From Pseudomonadota bacterium (lineage in GTDB: Bacteria; Bdellovibrionota_G; JALEGL01; DATDPG01), in contig JAZDDX010000035.1 in NCBI GenBank assembly GCA_043809315.1, positions 31,921 through 95,920 of the forward strand: 64,000 bases of DNA. Reading direction: 5' to 3'. Under the pieces are notes generated by a model. That model was not told the origin of the DNA and did no database searches. It worked only from the letters and a program-made list of their open reading frames with translations. Positions 48,061-55,374 of this stretch are shown here, in pieces (within the stretch, counting starts at the first letter, position 1; every line of letters begins with the position of its first letter). Made by a program: the position numbers and the translations under genes.

Positions 48061-49794
48061 TCACTCCAGGTAGATCCGCCGGGCATACGTGAGTTCCATC
48101 CCTTGGGCACCGCCGACGGTGATTGCGGCAAGGATCCTTTCGTTTTCATCGACAATCTTGGCCTGACGAAGACGGTATTTTTTCATGTACGCTTCCGTTT
48201 GCGTAAAGACCTGATCCCGGGCCTCCCCTTTGGTCTGCTCCCAGTGCAACGCTTTCGTGTGAATCACGAGGCCGTTCTCCTCTCGCTCGGCTGAATCGAG
48301 GGGAATGGAGAGACTTAGTTCGGTCCTCTCGACGCGCCGACCGGTGTAGTCGACAATCAGATAGATCCCGCCCCCCCCTAACGCCACGATCGCCGCGGCG
48401 ATCGCTTTTCCGATCCAGGCGCTCTTATTCTTCTTCCCTCGAACCTCGGGTTCCGGCTTCTTTTCCTCTTGTTTCCCGCTCCGACGGCCGTACTGGATCC
48501 CGGTGATCCCCCCCGGGCGGGGCTCCCGGAGAAGCGCGATGCGGGAACGGAGATCCTCGAGAATCCGCAACGCTTCGGTGCCGAGCCCCGTGTTTCCGAG
48601 ACCGGAGGCTTTTTCGGCCAGTTCGACTTCGGCGTTGTGAAGCCGGGTGGCGGTCTCGTTCAATCCCCGACGTTGGGTTTCGTCCCTGGCCGCCACCGCC
48701 TGTTTCACCTGCTTTTCGATTTCCTCTTCGATCTCCGCAGTCTGGGAAAGAAGAGGACCGACCTTCAAAAGGAATGGGTCCGCCATCACTCCCGGATCGG
48801 CGAGGATCCTCGGAGCGTAAGTCGCCAGGACTCCAAGCTTGATCCGAAGAGCGACGGTCCGACGGACGTGCTCCGTCCCGATCTCCTCGGAGCCGAGCGC
48901 CACGCGCTCGAATTCCGTCAGAGGTCCCAAAAACGAAAGGGGACTCTTCGGGTCCTTATCCAATGCGACGGCAATCAGATCGGCGACCTTGGAGGAGACG
49001 ATCCGATCGACCCACATGGGATCAAGGGATGCGGAACGCAAAGCGGTCTCAAAAAAACGCGCCATGGTGGCGACGATCCGCGTCAACTGGTCCTTCGTCA
49101 GCTCCGAAAACTTCACGCCGGTCGCGAACAAGAGACCGTGCCGGGGTTCGGTAAGTTCAACCACCTTCGCCACTGCACCTCGAATCGACGCCGGGGGGTC
49201 GCCGGGCCATCCAAATTTGAGACCGACCTTGGTCCCGGCCGAAACAACCGTGCCGAGCGCAATGAGAACCCCGCTCCGACTCAGATTGATCAGTTCCCCC
49301 TGTTTGGTCTGCCCGTCGACGATGACCTCCACCGGGCCATAAGCGGCCACCTTGGCCGGAATGTCGCTGACCGAAAGCGGGGGAGCTTCGGTCAAGGCCA
49401 GTGATTCACTGGCAGGTTCCCCAGCCGAAGGTGCGAATGGCGCGAGAAACTCCTGGATCTTCCCTAACGCCTCTTCCTGGGCCAGATACAGGTCGCAGCC
49501 GGCACCCTCGGCTCGCTCCTTCACGGTAGGGGTCTGGACGTCGGAAACCAAGATTACTTTGGTGCCTGCGAACGACTTCCTCTCTTTGATCTGCCGGCAG
49601 GTCTCGATCCCGCTCAACTGCGGCATCGCGACATCGAGCAGGACGACCGACGGCTGGAGTTCCCACACTTTGGAAAGGGCCTCTTTTCCTCCAGAAACCG
49701 GGACCGGAGTTAAGCCTAACGCTGTCAACAACGCGGGGAGTTCCGGGTAACGACCCAGAAGCTCCTGAAAAATGATGATGCGGTTCGAATTCAT
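48061..49794 (-). CDS. Receiver-like domain + PilZ domain protein with C-terminal TM anchor
   Basis: N-terminal CheY-like fold with degenerate acidic-pocket residues. Central PilZ-like region (QGELINLSRSGVLIALG...GLKFGW). C-terminal hydrophobic helix (AWIGKAIAAAIVALGGGGIYLIV). Confidence 0.6.
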   Translation of the reverse strand: MNSNRIIIFQELLGRYPELPALLTALGLTPVPVSGGKEALSKVWELQPSVVLLDVAMPQLSGIETCRQIKERKSFAGTKVILVSDVQTPTVKERAEGAGCDLYLAQEEALGKIQEFLAPFAPSAGEPASESLALTEAPPLSVSDIPAKVAAYGPVEVIVDGQTKQGELINLSRSGVLIALGTVVSAGTKVGLKFGWPGDPPASIRGAVAKVVELTEPRHGLLFATGVKFSELTKDQLTRIVATMARFFETALRSASLDPMWVDRIVSSKVADLIAVALDKDPKSPLSFLGPLTEFERVALGSEEIGTEHVRRTVALRIKLGVLATYAPRILADPGVMADPFLLKVGPLLSQTAEIEEEIEKQVKQAVAARDETQRRGLNETATRLHNAEVELAEKASGLGNTGLGTEALRILEDLRSRIALLREPRPGGITGIQYGRRSGKQEEKKPEPEVRGKKNKSAWIGKAIAAAIVALGGGGIYLIVDYTGRRVERTELSLSIPLDSAEREENGLVIHTKALHWEQTKGEARDQVFTQTEAYMKKYRLRQAKIVDENERILAAITVGGAQGMELTYARRIYLE

Positions 49795-49906
49795 CTCGTT
49801 TTTATGGGCTCTAATCTATCGGGGAGGGGGCTCCCTGACAACCTATCGCACCTTGACACGGCGGCGAAACGACCTTAAAAGACTGCACCTTTTGGATGGG
49901 AGCCTT

Positions 49907-50212
49907 ATGTACGCCGTTGTGAGAATTGGAAGCCACCAGTACCTCGTTTCCCCGGGAAAGATGATCCTGGTCGAGAAGATCGAGGGGCCGGTCGGGAGCG
50001 AAGTGCGATTGAACGATCTGCTGATGGTCGCCGACGGCGAAACCATCAAGGTCGGGGGTTCCGTCAAGGGCGTCGTGGTCGGCACGATCAAGGCACAGGA
50101 AAAAGGGGAAAAGATCTACGCGTTCAAGAAGCTGCGCCGGAAGGGGTTCCACAAGACGATCGGACATCGGCAGCAGTACACCCGGATCGAGATCCGGAAT
50201 ATCGAGGCTTAA
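49907..50212 (+). CDS. rplU: 50S ribosomal protein L21
   Basis: [17 protein letters not shown]... canonical L21. Confidence 0.9.
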   Translation: MYAVVRIGSHQYLVSPGKMILVEKIEGPVGSEVRLNDLLMVADGETIKVGGSVKGVVVGTIKAQEKGEKIYAFKKLRRKGFHKTIGHRQQYTRIEIRNIEA

Positions 50213-50213
50213 T

Positions 50214-50468
50214 ATGGCGCACAAAAAAGCAGGCGGCAGTTCCCGGAACGGCCGGGACAGCAACGGACAACGGCGGGGGATCAAGGTCTACAGCGGAACG
50301 AAGGTCTCCTCCGGGACGATTCTGGTCCGGCAGGTCGGCACGAGGATCCACCCGGGGATCAACGTCGGGATGGGGCGCGATTACACGATTTTTGCCGTCG
50401 TCGACGGGATCGTTTCGTACCAGCGCCTCGGGAAAGATCGCCGCAAGGTCAGTGTGATCCCGGCGTAA
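50214..50468 (+). CDS. rpmA: 50S ribosomal protein L27
   Basis: [16 protein letters not shown]... canonical L27. Confidence 0.9.
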   Translation: MAHKKAGGSSRNGRDSNGQRRGIKVYSGTKVSSGTILVRQVGTRIHPGINVGMGRDYTIFAVVDGIVSYQRLGKDRRKVSVIPA

Positions 50469-50475
50469 CCGCCGC

Positions 50476-51477
50476 GTGTCCCGCACCAAACAAACGTTCA
50501 TCGATCAAGCGAAGATCTACATAAAGGCCGGGGACGGAGGGAACGGCCATGTCGGGTTTTTCCGCGCGAAGTTCATCCCCAAAGGGGGTCCCGACGGAGG
50601 GGACGGCGGCAAAGGGGGGGATGTCGTCATCGTAGGAACGCACCACAAATCGACACTCCACGATTATCAATTCAAGAAACATTATCGCGCAGGAAACGGC
50701 GAGTCCGGGGGGCGCGCCCAGCGAACGGGGGCGGACGGCGACGACATGGAACTCCCCGTCCCGCTCGGAACGATCATCCGGATGGCGGACGGCGAATCGC
50801 ATCTCGGTGAGGTGACGAAAGACGGGGAGCGACTGATCGTCGCGAAGGGGGGTCGCGGGGGACTCGGGAATCTTCGCTTCGCAACCTCCACGAACTAGGC
50901 GCCCAAGAAAGCAACGCCCGGAGCTGCCACGGAAGGGGCTTGGATCCGTTTCGAACTCCGGCTTCTGGCCGATGTGGGGATTGTCGGTCTCCCGAACGCC
51001 GGAAAATCGACCCTTCTCTCGGCCGTCTCGGAAGCGAGGCCGAAGATCGCCGACTATCCGTTTACGACGCTGGCCCCCTCTCTCGGGGTCGTTCGGACGG
51101 ATGGAAAAAGCTGGACGCTGGCCGACATGCCGGGGTTGATCGAGGGGGCGCACGAGGGGGCGGGGTTGGGGATTCAGTTCCTCCGCCATATCCAGCGGAC
51201 GCGCGTCCTTCTTTACCTCGTCGCCGCCGACCCGGACGATATCGGACGGCCGTGGAAAGATTTCCGGGCGACCCGACACGAGATCGAATGTTACGATCGT
51301 TCCTTGCGGGACCGGAAGTTCCTGGTAACGATAAACAAAAGCGATTTGGTCGAAGAATCGCGGCTCGAAAAGCTCCTCCGGCCGTTTCACGCGAAGGGGA
51401 TCGTTCCGCTGCCGATTTCGGCCAAGCAAAAAATCGGACTGAAGGAACTCCTGAATGCGCTGGCCGAAAAACTGTAG
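50476..51477 (+). pseudogene. obg: GTPase Obg/CgtA, reading frame interrupted by an in-frame TAG at 50896..50898 (TN*APKKAT where TNQAPRKAT is expected); probable sequencing error or recent nonsense mutation
   Basis: The Obg-fold N-terminal domain (ORF 50476..50898) and the GTPase domain (ORF 50974..51477; GLPNAGKST, DMPGLIEGA, NKSD) are in the same frame. A single TAG separates them where Obg proteins have a conserved CAG (Gln). Confidence 0.8.
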
Positions 51478-52129
51478 CAGACTGCTCACGGTCGGCTTCT
51501 TGCTGTTCGGAATCGCCGGCTGTTTCGGAAAGAGCACCAACGAGTATATCCCCCCCCCAGACAGCGAACGTACCGCCCGCTCCCTGTCCGACATCTTCAA
51601 GGCGGAGCGGCCGCAGGCGTTCTATGCGGAGGCGTATGGCGCCTTCCGTTTCTCGTCCCAGAGCCTCCTGACCATTTCAAAAGACGGAGAGAACCGGACA
51701 TTCCAGGGAAGCGCGGCGGTCGAGATGGACGAGAAGGGGAACTACCACCTGGCCCGGATCCCGATGACCGGGGAAGCGACCGTCGAGGTGATCCGCCTGG
51801 ATCAGAAAGCGTACCTCAAGGCGGGGGGTTCCTCCGGTTTTCGCGTTCTGCGGCCTGCGCCCGAGTTCGACCGGTGGATCACCGTCTCCCTCCGGGAGGC
51901 GTTCTCCCTCTTCGACCAGGTGAACTTCGGGCGAAGTGCCGCCTCCTCGACGAAAGGTTCGCTCAGTTGCTGGACTCAGGAGGAGGACTCCCTTTGCGTC
52001 GATCCGAAGACAGGACTTCCGATGGAGGGGTCGATCAAGACCACCCAACCGAGCGGTGCAATCCTCTCGTTCCGGTTCAATTTCGCCCCCGCGAAACCGG
52101 GATCGATCCAGCTCGGACCCCCGTCATAA
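51455..52129 (+). CDS. Hypothetical lipoprotein
   Basis: Signal peptide with lipobox (LLFGIAGC). No known domain. Overlaps the obg 3-prime end by 23 nt. Confidence 0.5.
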   Translation: MRWPKNCSRLLTVGFLLFGIAGCFGKSTNEYIPPPDSERTARSLSDIFKAERPQAFYAEAYGAFRFSSQSLLTISKDGENRTFQGSAAVEMDEKGNYHLARIPMTGEATVEVIRLDQKAYLKAGGSSGFRVLRPAPEFDRWITVSLREAFSLFDQVNFGRSAASSTKGSLSCWTQEEDSLCVDPKTGLPMEGSIKTTQPSGAILSFRFNFAPAKPGSIQLGPPS

Positions 52130-52140
52130 GTCGTTCTCCA

Positions 52141-52170
52141 TTGGATCTCGGTTTTCCCGTTTGGTATAAT
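52141..52170 (+). promoter_or_regulatory. Sigma-70-like promoter (TTGGAT-N18-TATAAT) for rsfS-rlmH
   Basis: ttggat at 52141-52146, tataat at 52165-52170, 18-nt spacer. Followed by the aggagg RBS at 52184-52189. Confidence 0.4.
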
Positions 52171-52196
52171 GGAGCCATCCAACAGGAGGTGACCCC

Positions 52197-52577
52197 ATAG
52201 AACCCCGCGCCAAGGCGCTGTCCGTCGCAGAGACGGCGTCGGATCACAAAGCCATCGATCTGCGAATCCTCGAAGTTTTCCGCCACTGCGATTACGCCGA
52301 TTATTTCGTCATCATGAGCGCTTCCTCGACCCGCCACGCGAAAGCGTTGGCGGATTCGATTCTGGAAACATCGGGGAGTTCGAAGGTCCCGGAAGGGTAC
52401 CAGTTCGGAGAGTGGGTGCTCATCGATCTCGGGGATGTCGTCGTGCACATCTTCAACGAACCGCAACGGTATTACTACAACTTCGACCGCCTTTGGGGGC
52501 ATGTGCCAATTCTCGAAACGGCGGACGCTCCCCGCCGTCCGGCGGAAGACGAACGCCGCGCCGGGCACCCGATGTGA
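52197..52577 (+). CDS. rsfS: Ribosomal silencing factor RsfS (Iojap family); annotated start codon is ATA (probable ATG with G->A error)
   Basis: RsfS core (DYFVIMSASSTRHAKALAD...WVLIDLGDVVVHIF). The conserved N-terminal region (EPRAKALSVAETASDHKAIDLRIL) is in frame upstream of the first ATG (52314). The codon at the ideal distance (7 nt) from AGGAGG is ATA. Confidence 0.65.
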   Translation: MEPRAKALSVAETASDHKAIDLRILEVFRHCDYADYFVIMSASSTRHAKALADSILETSGSSKVPEGYQFGEWVLIDLGDVVVHIFNEPQRYYYNFDRLWGHVPILETADAPRRPAEDERRAGHPM

Positions 52578-53017
52578 AAATCGACATCCTTTGCGCCGGA
52601 CACAACCCCGAGCCGCACGAGGCCCGGTGGATCGCGGAGTATTGCGCGCGCGCCAAGAAATACGCACCGGTCTCGCTGACGCGCATCCGGGAACGTGATC
52701 CGAATCGGACGTGGATCGAGATCGAAAAGAAGATCCCGAAAGCCGCTTTTCGAATCGTCCTCGACGATCGCGGCGAATCTTTGTCGACGGAAGAATTCGC
52801 CCGTCTCCTGGATCGACCCGCGCGAAAAGGGAAAAAATCGCTCGCGTTCGTGATCGGTGGATCGTACGGTCTGCCGGATGGCGCCCGAGAGAGCGCGGAT
52901 GCCCGCGTCTCCCTCTCACCGTTGACCCTCCCTTACCGTCTCGCGCTTCTCGTTCTCTGCGAGCAGATATATCGTGTACTTTCCTGGCGCGCGGGAGCTC
53001 CGTACCACCATGAATGA
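52574..53017 (+). CDS. rlmH: 23S rRNA (pseudouridine1915-N3)-methyltransferase RlmH (SPOUT)
   Basis: 147 aa from GTG (VKIDILCAG...). GTGA overlap with the rsfS stop. SPOUT C-terminal motifs (FVIGGSYGL, LPYRLALLVLCEQIYR). Confidence 0.8.
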   Translation: MKIDILCAGHNPEPHEARWIAEYCARAKKYAPVSLTRIRERDPNRTWIEIEKKIPKAAFRIVLDDRGESLSTEEFARLLDRPARKGKKSLAFVIGGSYGLPDGARESADARVSLSPLTLPYRLALLVLCEQIYRVLSWRAGAPYHHE

Positions 53018-53972
53018 AAGGAAACGGATCGTTTTTCAGATTCACGGAGTTCGGATCGGGATCCGTTCCGATTCCGCGGACGCGACCGACCTCATGTGCG
53101 AGCGTCTCGCGGATTATCGTGCCGATGGGATCGAGCGATGCGAAGCGGAGATCGAGATCCAAACCAAGTCGGCACCGTTTTCTCCCGCTGGAATCCGGAA
53201 AGAATTCTCCTGGATCCGCTCCCGCCCTCTCTACGGCGATTTCGACAACGACATCCTCCGCTTGACCGACGGTCGTTCGATCTCCGTCACGCGATACGAG
53301 GAGCGGCGCGCCGAGATCTTCCTCGATCCAGAGACGCTGACCGATCCCCTCTTCACGTCCCGGACCTTCCTTCCGATGGCGCTCCTTGAACTCCTCCGCA
53401 CGTTCGGCTTTTTCTGCATCCACGGAGCACTCTGTGTCCGCGAGAAGCGAGGGATCTTGATTCTCGGGCACGGCGGAAGCGGGAAGTCGACGATCTCCGC
53501 CGCCCTGCTCCGGGAAGGGTTCAAGATCGTCGGCGACGACAACCTCCTCTTCCACTTGGGACCGGGAGGGGTGAGTCTCGGATTCCCGTTCGAGCGGGAG
53601 CTCTCTCTTTCGCCGGAGGCGCTGGCACAGTTCGACCCGCTGGCATCGATCCATCCTACGGCAAAGATCCGGATCCCGCTTCGCGTTCTCCCCTCGGACC
53701 GTGTCGCGACCAACGCGGTACCGAACGAGATCGTCTATCTGACCGGGGAGGACGAGGATGCCGGAGGACCGCTGGATCCGGCGGAGGCTTTCACGATCAT
53801 TCTGGAGGAGAACCCCCTGTTTCTCCTCTCCTCGCGCCTGGCTTCGAGTCATCTCCAGACGATCCGGACGCTGATCCGGAACGCTCGTTCCTGCAGCGTC
53901 TCTCTGAAGCATCGACACCCTCTCGACCTGGAGGAGATCGCCGCTCGCTTTCTCCGCCTCGCCAGCAGTTGA
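53010..53972 (+). CDS. HPr kinase/phosphorylase C-terminal-domain-like P-loop kinase (HprK-related kinase family)
   Basis: About 320 aa; Walker A GHGGSGKST in an HprK_C-like context (FFCIHGALCVREKRGILILGHGGSGKSTISAALLREGFKIVGDD). No HprK N-terminal domain. The ATG at 53010 overlaps the rlmH stop. Confidence 0.65.
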   Translation: MNERKRIVFQIHGVRIGIRSDSADATDLMCERLADYRADGIERCEAEIEIQTKSAPFSPAGIRKEFSWIRSRPLYGDFDNDILRLTDGRSISVTRYEERRAEIFLDPETLTDPLFTSRTFLPMALLELLRTFGFFCIHGALCVREKRGILILGHGGSGKSTISAALLREGFKIVGDDNLLFHLGPGGVSLGFPFERELSLSPEALAQFDPLASIHPTAKIRIPLRVLPSDRVATNAVPNEIVYLTGEDEDAGGPLDPAEAFTIILEENPLFLLSSRLASSHLQTIRTLIRNARSCSVSLKHRHPLDLEEIAARFLRLASS

Positions 53973-53974
53973 TC

Positions 53975-53990
53975 CGCCCTCGCGAGGGCG
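53975..53990 (+). other. Perfect 16-nt GC-rich palindrome (cgccctcg/cgagggcg) followed by tttaat, 3 nt after the kinase TGA
   Basis: Read directly from the sequence. Hairpin with a 6-7 bp GC stem. Possible weak intrinsic terminator, attenuator or recoding stimulator. Confidence 0.35.
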
Positions 53991-54005
53991 TTTAATCTCC
54001 CCCGC

Positions 54006-54185
54006 ATGACTTCGAAACTGGATGGTAAAGATCCCCGCGATCCAAAGGGAAAGAAAAAATACGTCAAGCCGGAGCTCAAGCGGATGAACGAGAAGGTCGT
54101 GAAAGCGGTCGGCTCCCCTGCGGTCCAAGGCCCCGCGGTTTCCGCACCGGCCTCACCCACCGCGCCGGGTACCAAAGTTTTTTGA
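54006..54185 (+). CDS. Unannotated 59-codon ORF: Lys-rich N-terminal half, Pro/Ala/Ser-rich C-terminal tail
   Basis: atg 54006 to tga 54185: MTSKLDGKDPRDPKGKKKYVKPELKRMNEKVVKAVGSPAVQGPAVSAPASPTAPGTKVF. Below the 60-aa ORF-track cut-off. In the same frame as the upstream kinase gene. GC3 about 65%. The stop is embedded in the inverted repeat gatgaa-N7-ttcatc (54183-54201). Confidence 0.35.
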   Translation: MTSKLDGKDPRDPKGKKKYVKPELKRMNEKVVKAVGSPAVQGPAVSAPASPTAPGTKVF

Positions 54186-54220
54186 TGAACGATTTCTTCA
54201 TCCAGGAAAAGTTAATCGGG

Positions 54221-55312
54221 TCACCAGAATAGCCATCGAAAGAGCACCGGAGCGTGCCGCCACAAAAGCCCGAACGGGCGGCGGAAACGCCACATCCGTT
54301 TCCTGACCCCAGCTGTCTGATACTCGATTTGCGCTTCTGACCCGTGAACAAGGCCCAAGAATCGCTTCATCCGACCCGGCTTCATCAACAGAAACGGCAA
54401 GGGGGATCCGGCAAAATCGATCGCGCGATCGGGCATCACCGCCAGATTCTTCCGGACCCGGCCGGTATAGAGCTGAAGTACGCGATTCTGGAGAATCGGC
54501 GGCTCCTGCACGACCTCGGGAAAGACCTCAGACGCGAGTTTCCAGGAGGGGTACGCAAGATACGTGAGGTCCGTTGCCGAAAGGCGCTCCCGGACATACT
54601 CCCACCGCGGTCGTTTCGCGCGGCACCAGACCGCGACGTCCGCCAGGTGCCGAAGGCCGTACAGAAAGTGGTGGCGCGTGGCATGAAAAAGGAGGTGCAC
54701 GAGAAACTCCTCGTCGCACCAGGGGTCCGGGAACGGATACGTACCGTACAGCGGAGGGAGCGTCGTTGCGTGGAGCTCGAGAAACAGGTCCCCTTGCTCG
54801 TACCCGATCGCGTCGATCCCCGCCACGACTGCCGCGATCGGATCCCCCGTGACCGCGACGGCGCGGGCCAGCGGGCCTCTCGGCTTGACCCGCTCGAACC
54901 CGCTCTTTTCGAGAAGCCCCGTCGCAGCCGAAACATCGGACGGGCGGACCAAGAGATCGAGATCCCGAAACGCCCGCTGGCCCGGTTTCGGGTACGCTCC
55001 ACGCGCGAGCATCACCCCTTTGAGCGTCGTGACCCAGATTCCGTGTTCACGGAAGTCGGCGCAGATCTCGTCACATCGCCGACCGTAGTGCTCCGCCCGC
55101 AATGCCGTGAGTTGCCAAAGATAACGGGCTTCATCGAGCAGCAAAGGCGCCGTTTGCGAGTTCAAGACTCCCGAGGAAAGGATCGTCGCGACCTTGTGAT
55201 CCCGGGCGAGCTTCCAAACCGACTCTTCGTGATCCTGGAGCGGCGCGACCCCGGAATCGAACCCCAGGCCGGTCCGTACAAGGGAGATGAGCCTCTTGAG
55301 ATCAGAGGACAT
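54221..55312 (-). CDS. Nucleotidyltransferase, PF14907 (NTP_transf_5, uncharacterised nucleotidyltransferase) family
   Basis: About 364 aa from MSSDLKRL...; hG[GS]...DhDhhV-type motif (RAFRDLDLLVRPSD) characteristic of this family. The upstream 130 codons of the 495-aa ORF overlap the neighbouring kinase gene and are not considered coding. Confidence 0.6.
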   Translation of the reverse strand: MSSDLKRLISLVRTGLGFDSGVAPLQDHEESVWKLARDHKVATILSSGVLNSQTAPLLLDEARYLWQLTALRAEHYGRRCDEICADFREHGIWVTTLKGVMLARGAYPKPGQRAFRDLDLLVRPSDVSAATGLLEKSGFERVKPRGPLARAVAVTGDPIAAVVAGIDAIGYEQGDLFLELHATTLPPLYGTYPFPDPWCDEEFLVHLLFHATRHHFLYGLRHLADVAVWCRAKRPRWEYVRERLSATDLTYLAYPSWKLASEVFPEVVQEPPILQNRVLQLYTGRVRKNLAVMPDRAIDFAGSPLPFLLMKPGRMKRFLGLVHGSEAQIEYQTAGVRKRMWRFRRPFGLLWRHAPVLFRWLFW

Positions 55313-55374
55313 GCCAAGCACTCTTGCCTGATTTGCCGAAAAAAGGGAACCGAAGCCGTTGATCCGTAAGCGAC

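Noticed and set aside
53970-53990. TGA plus downstream hairpin as a selenocysteine insertion (SECIS) site
   Set aside because: The hairpin is a short perfect palindrome with a minimal loop. It starts 3 nt after UGA and has none of the bulged-U / GGUC-loop features of bacterial SECIS elements. No sel genes are evident in the window.
53010-55312. HprK-like kinase locus as a lasso-peptide (kinase-tailored RiPP) cluster
   Set aside because: No lasso cyclase (Asn-synthetase-like C), leader peptidase (B2) or PqqD-like RRE gene is present. The small ORF lacks the C-terminal Ser targeted by known lasso kinases.
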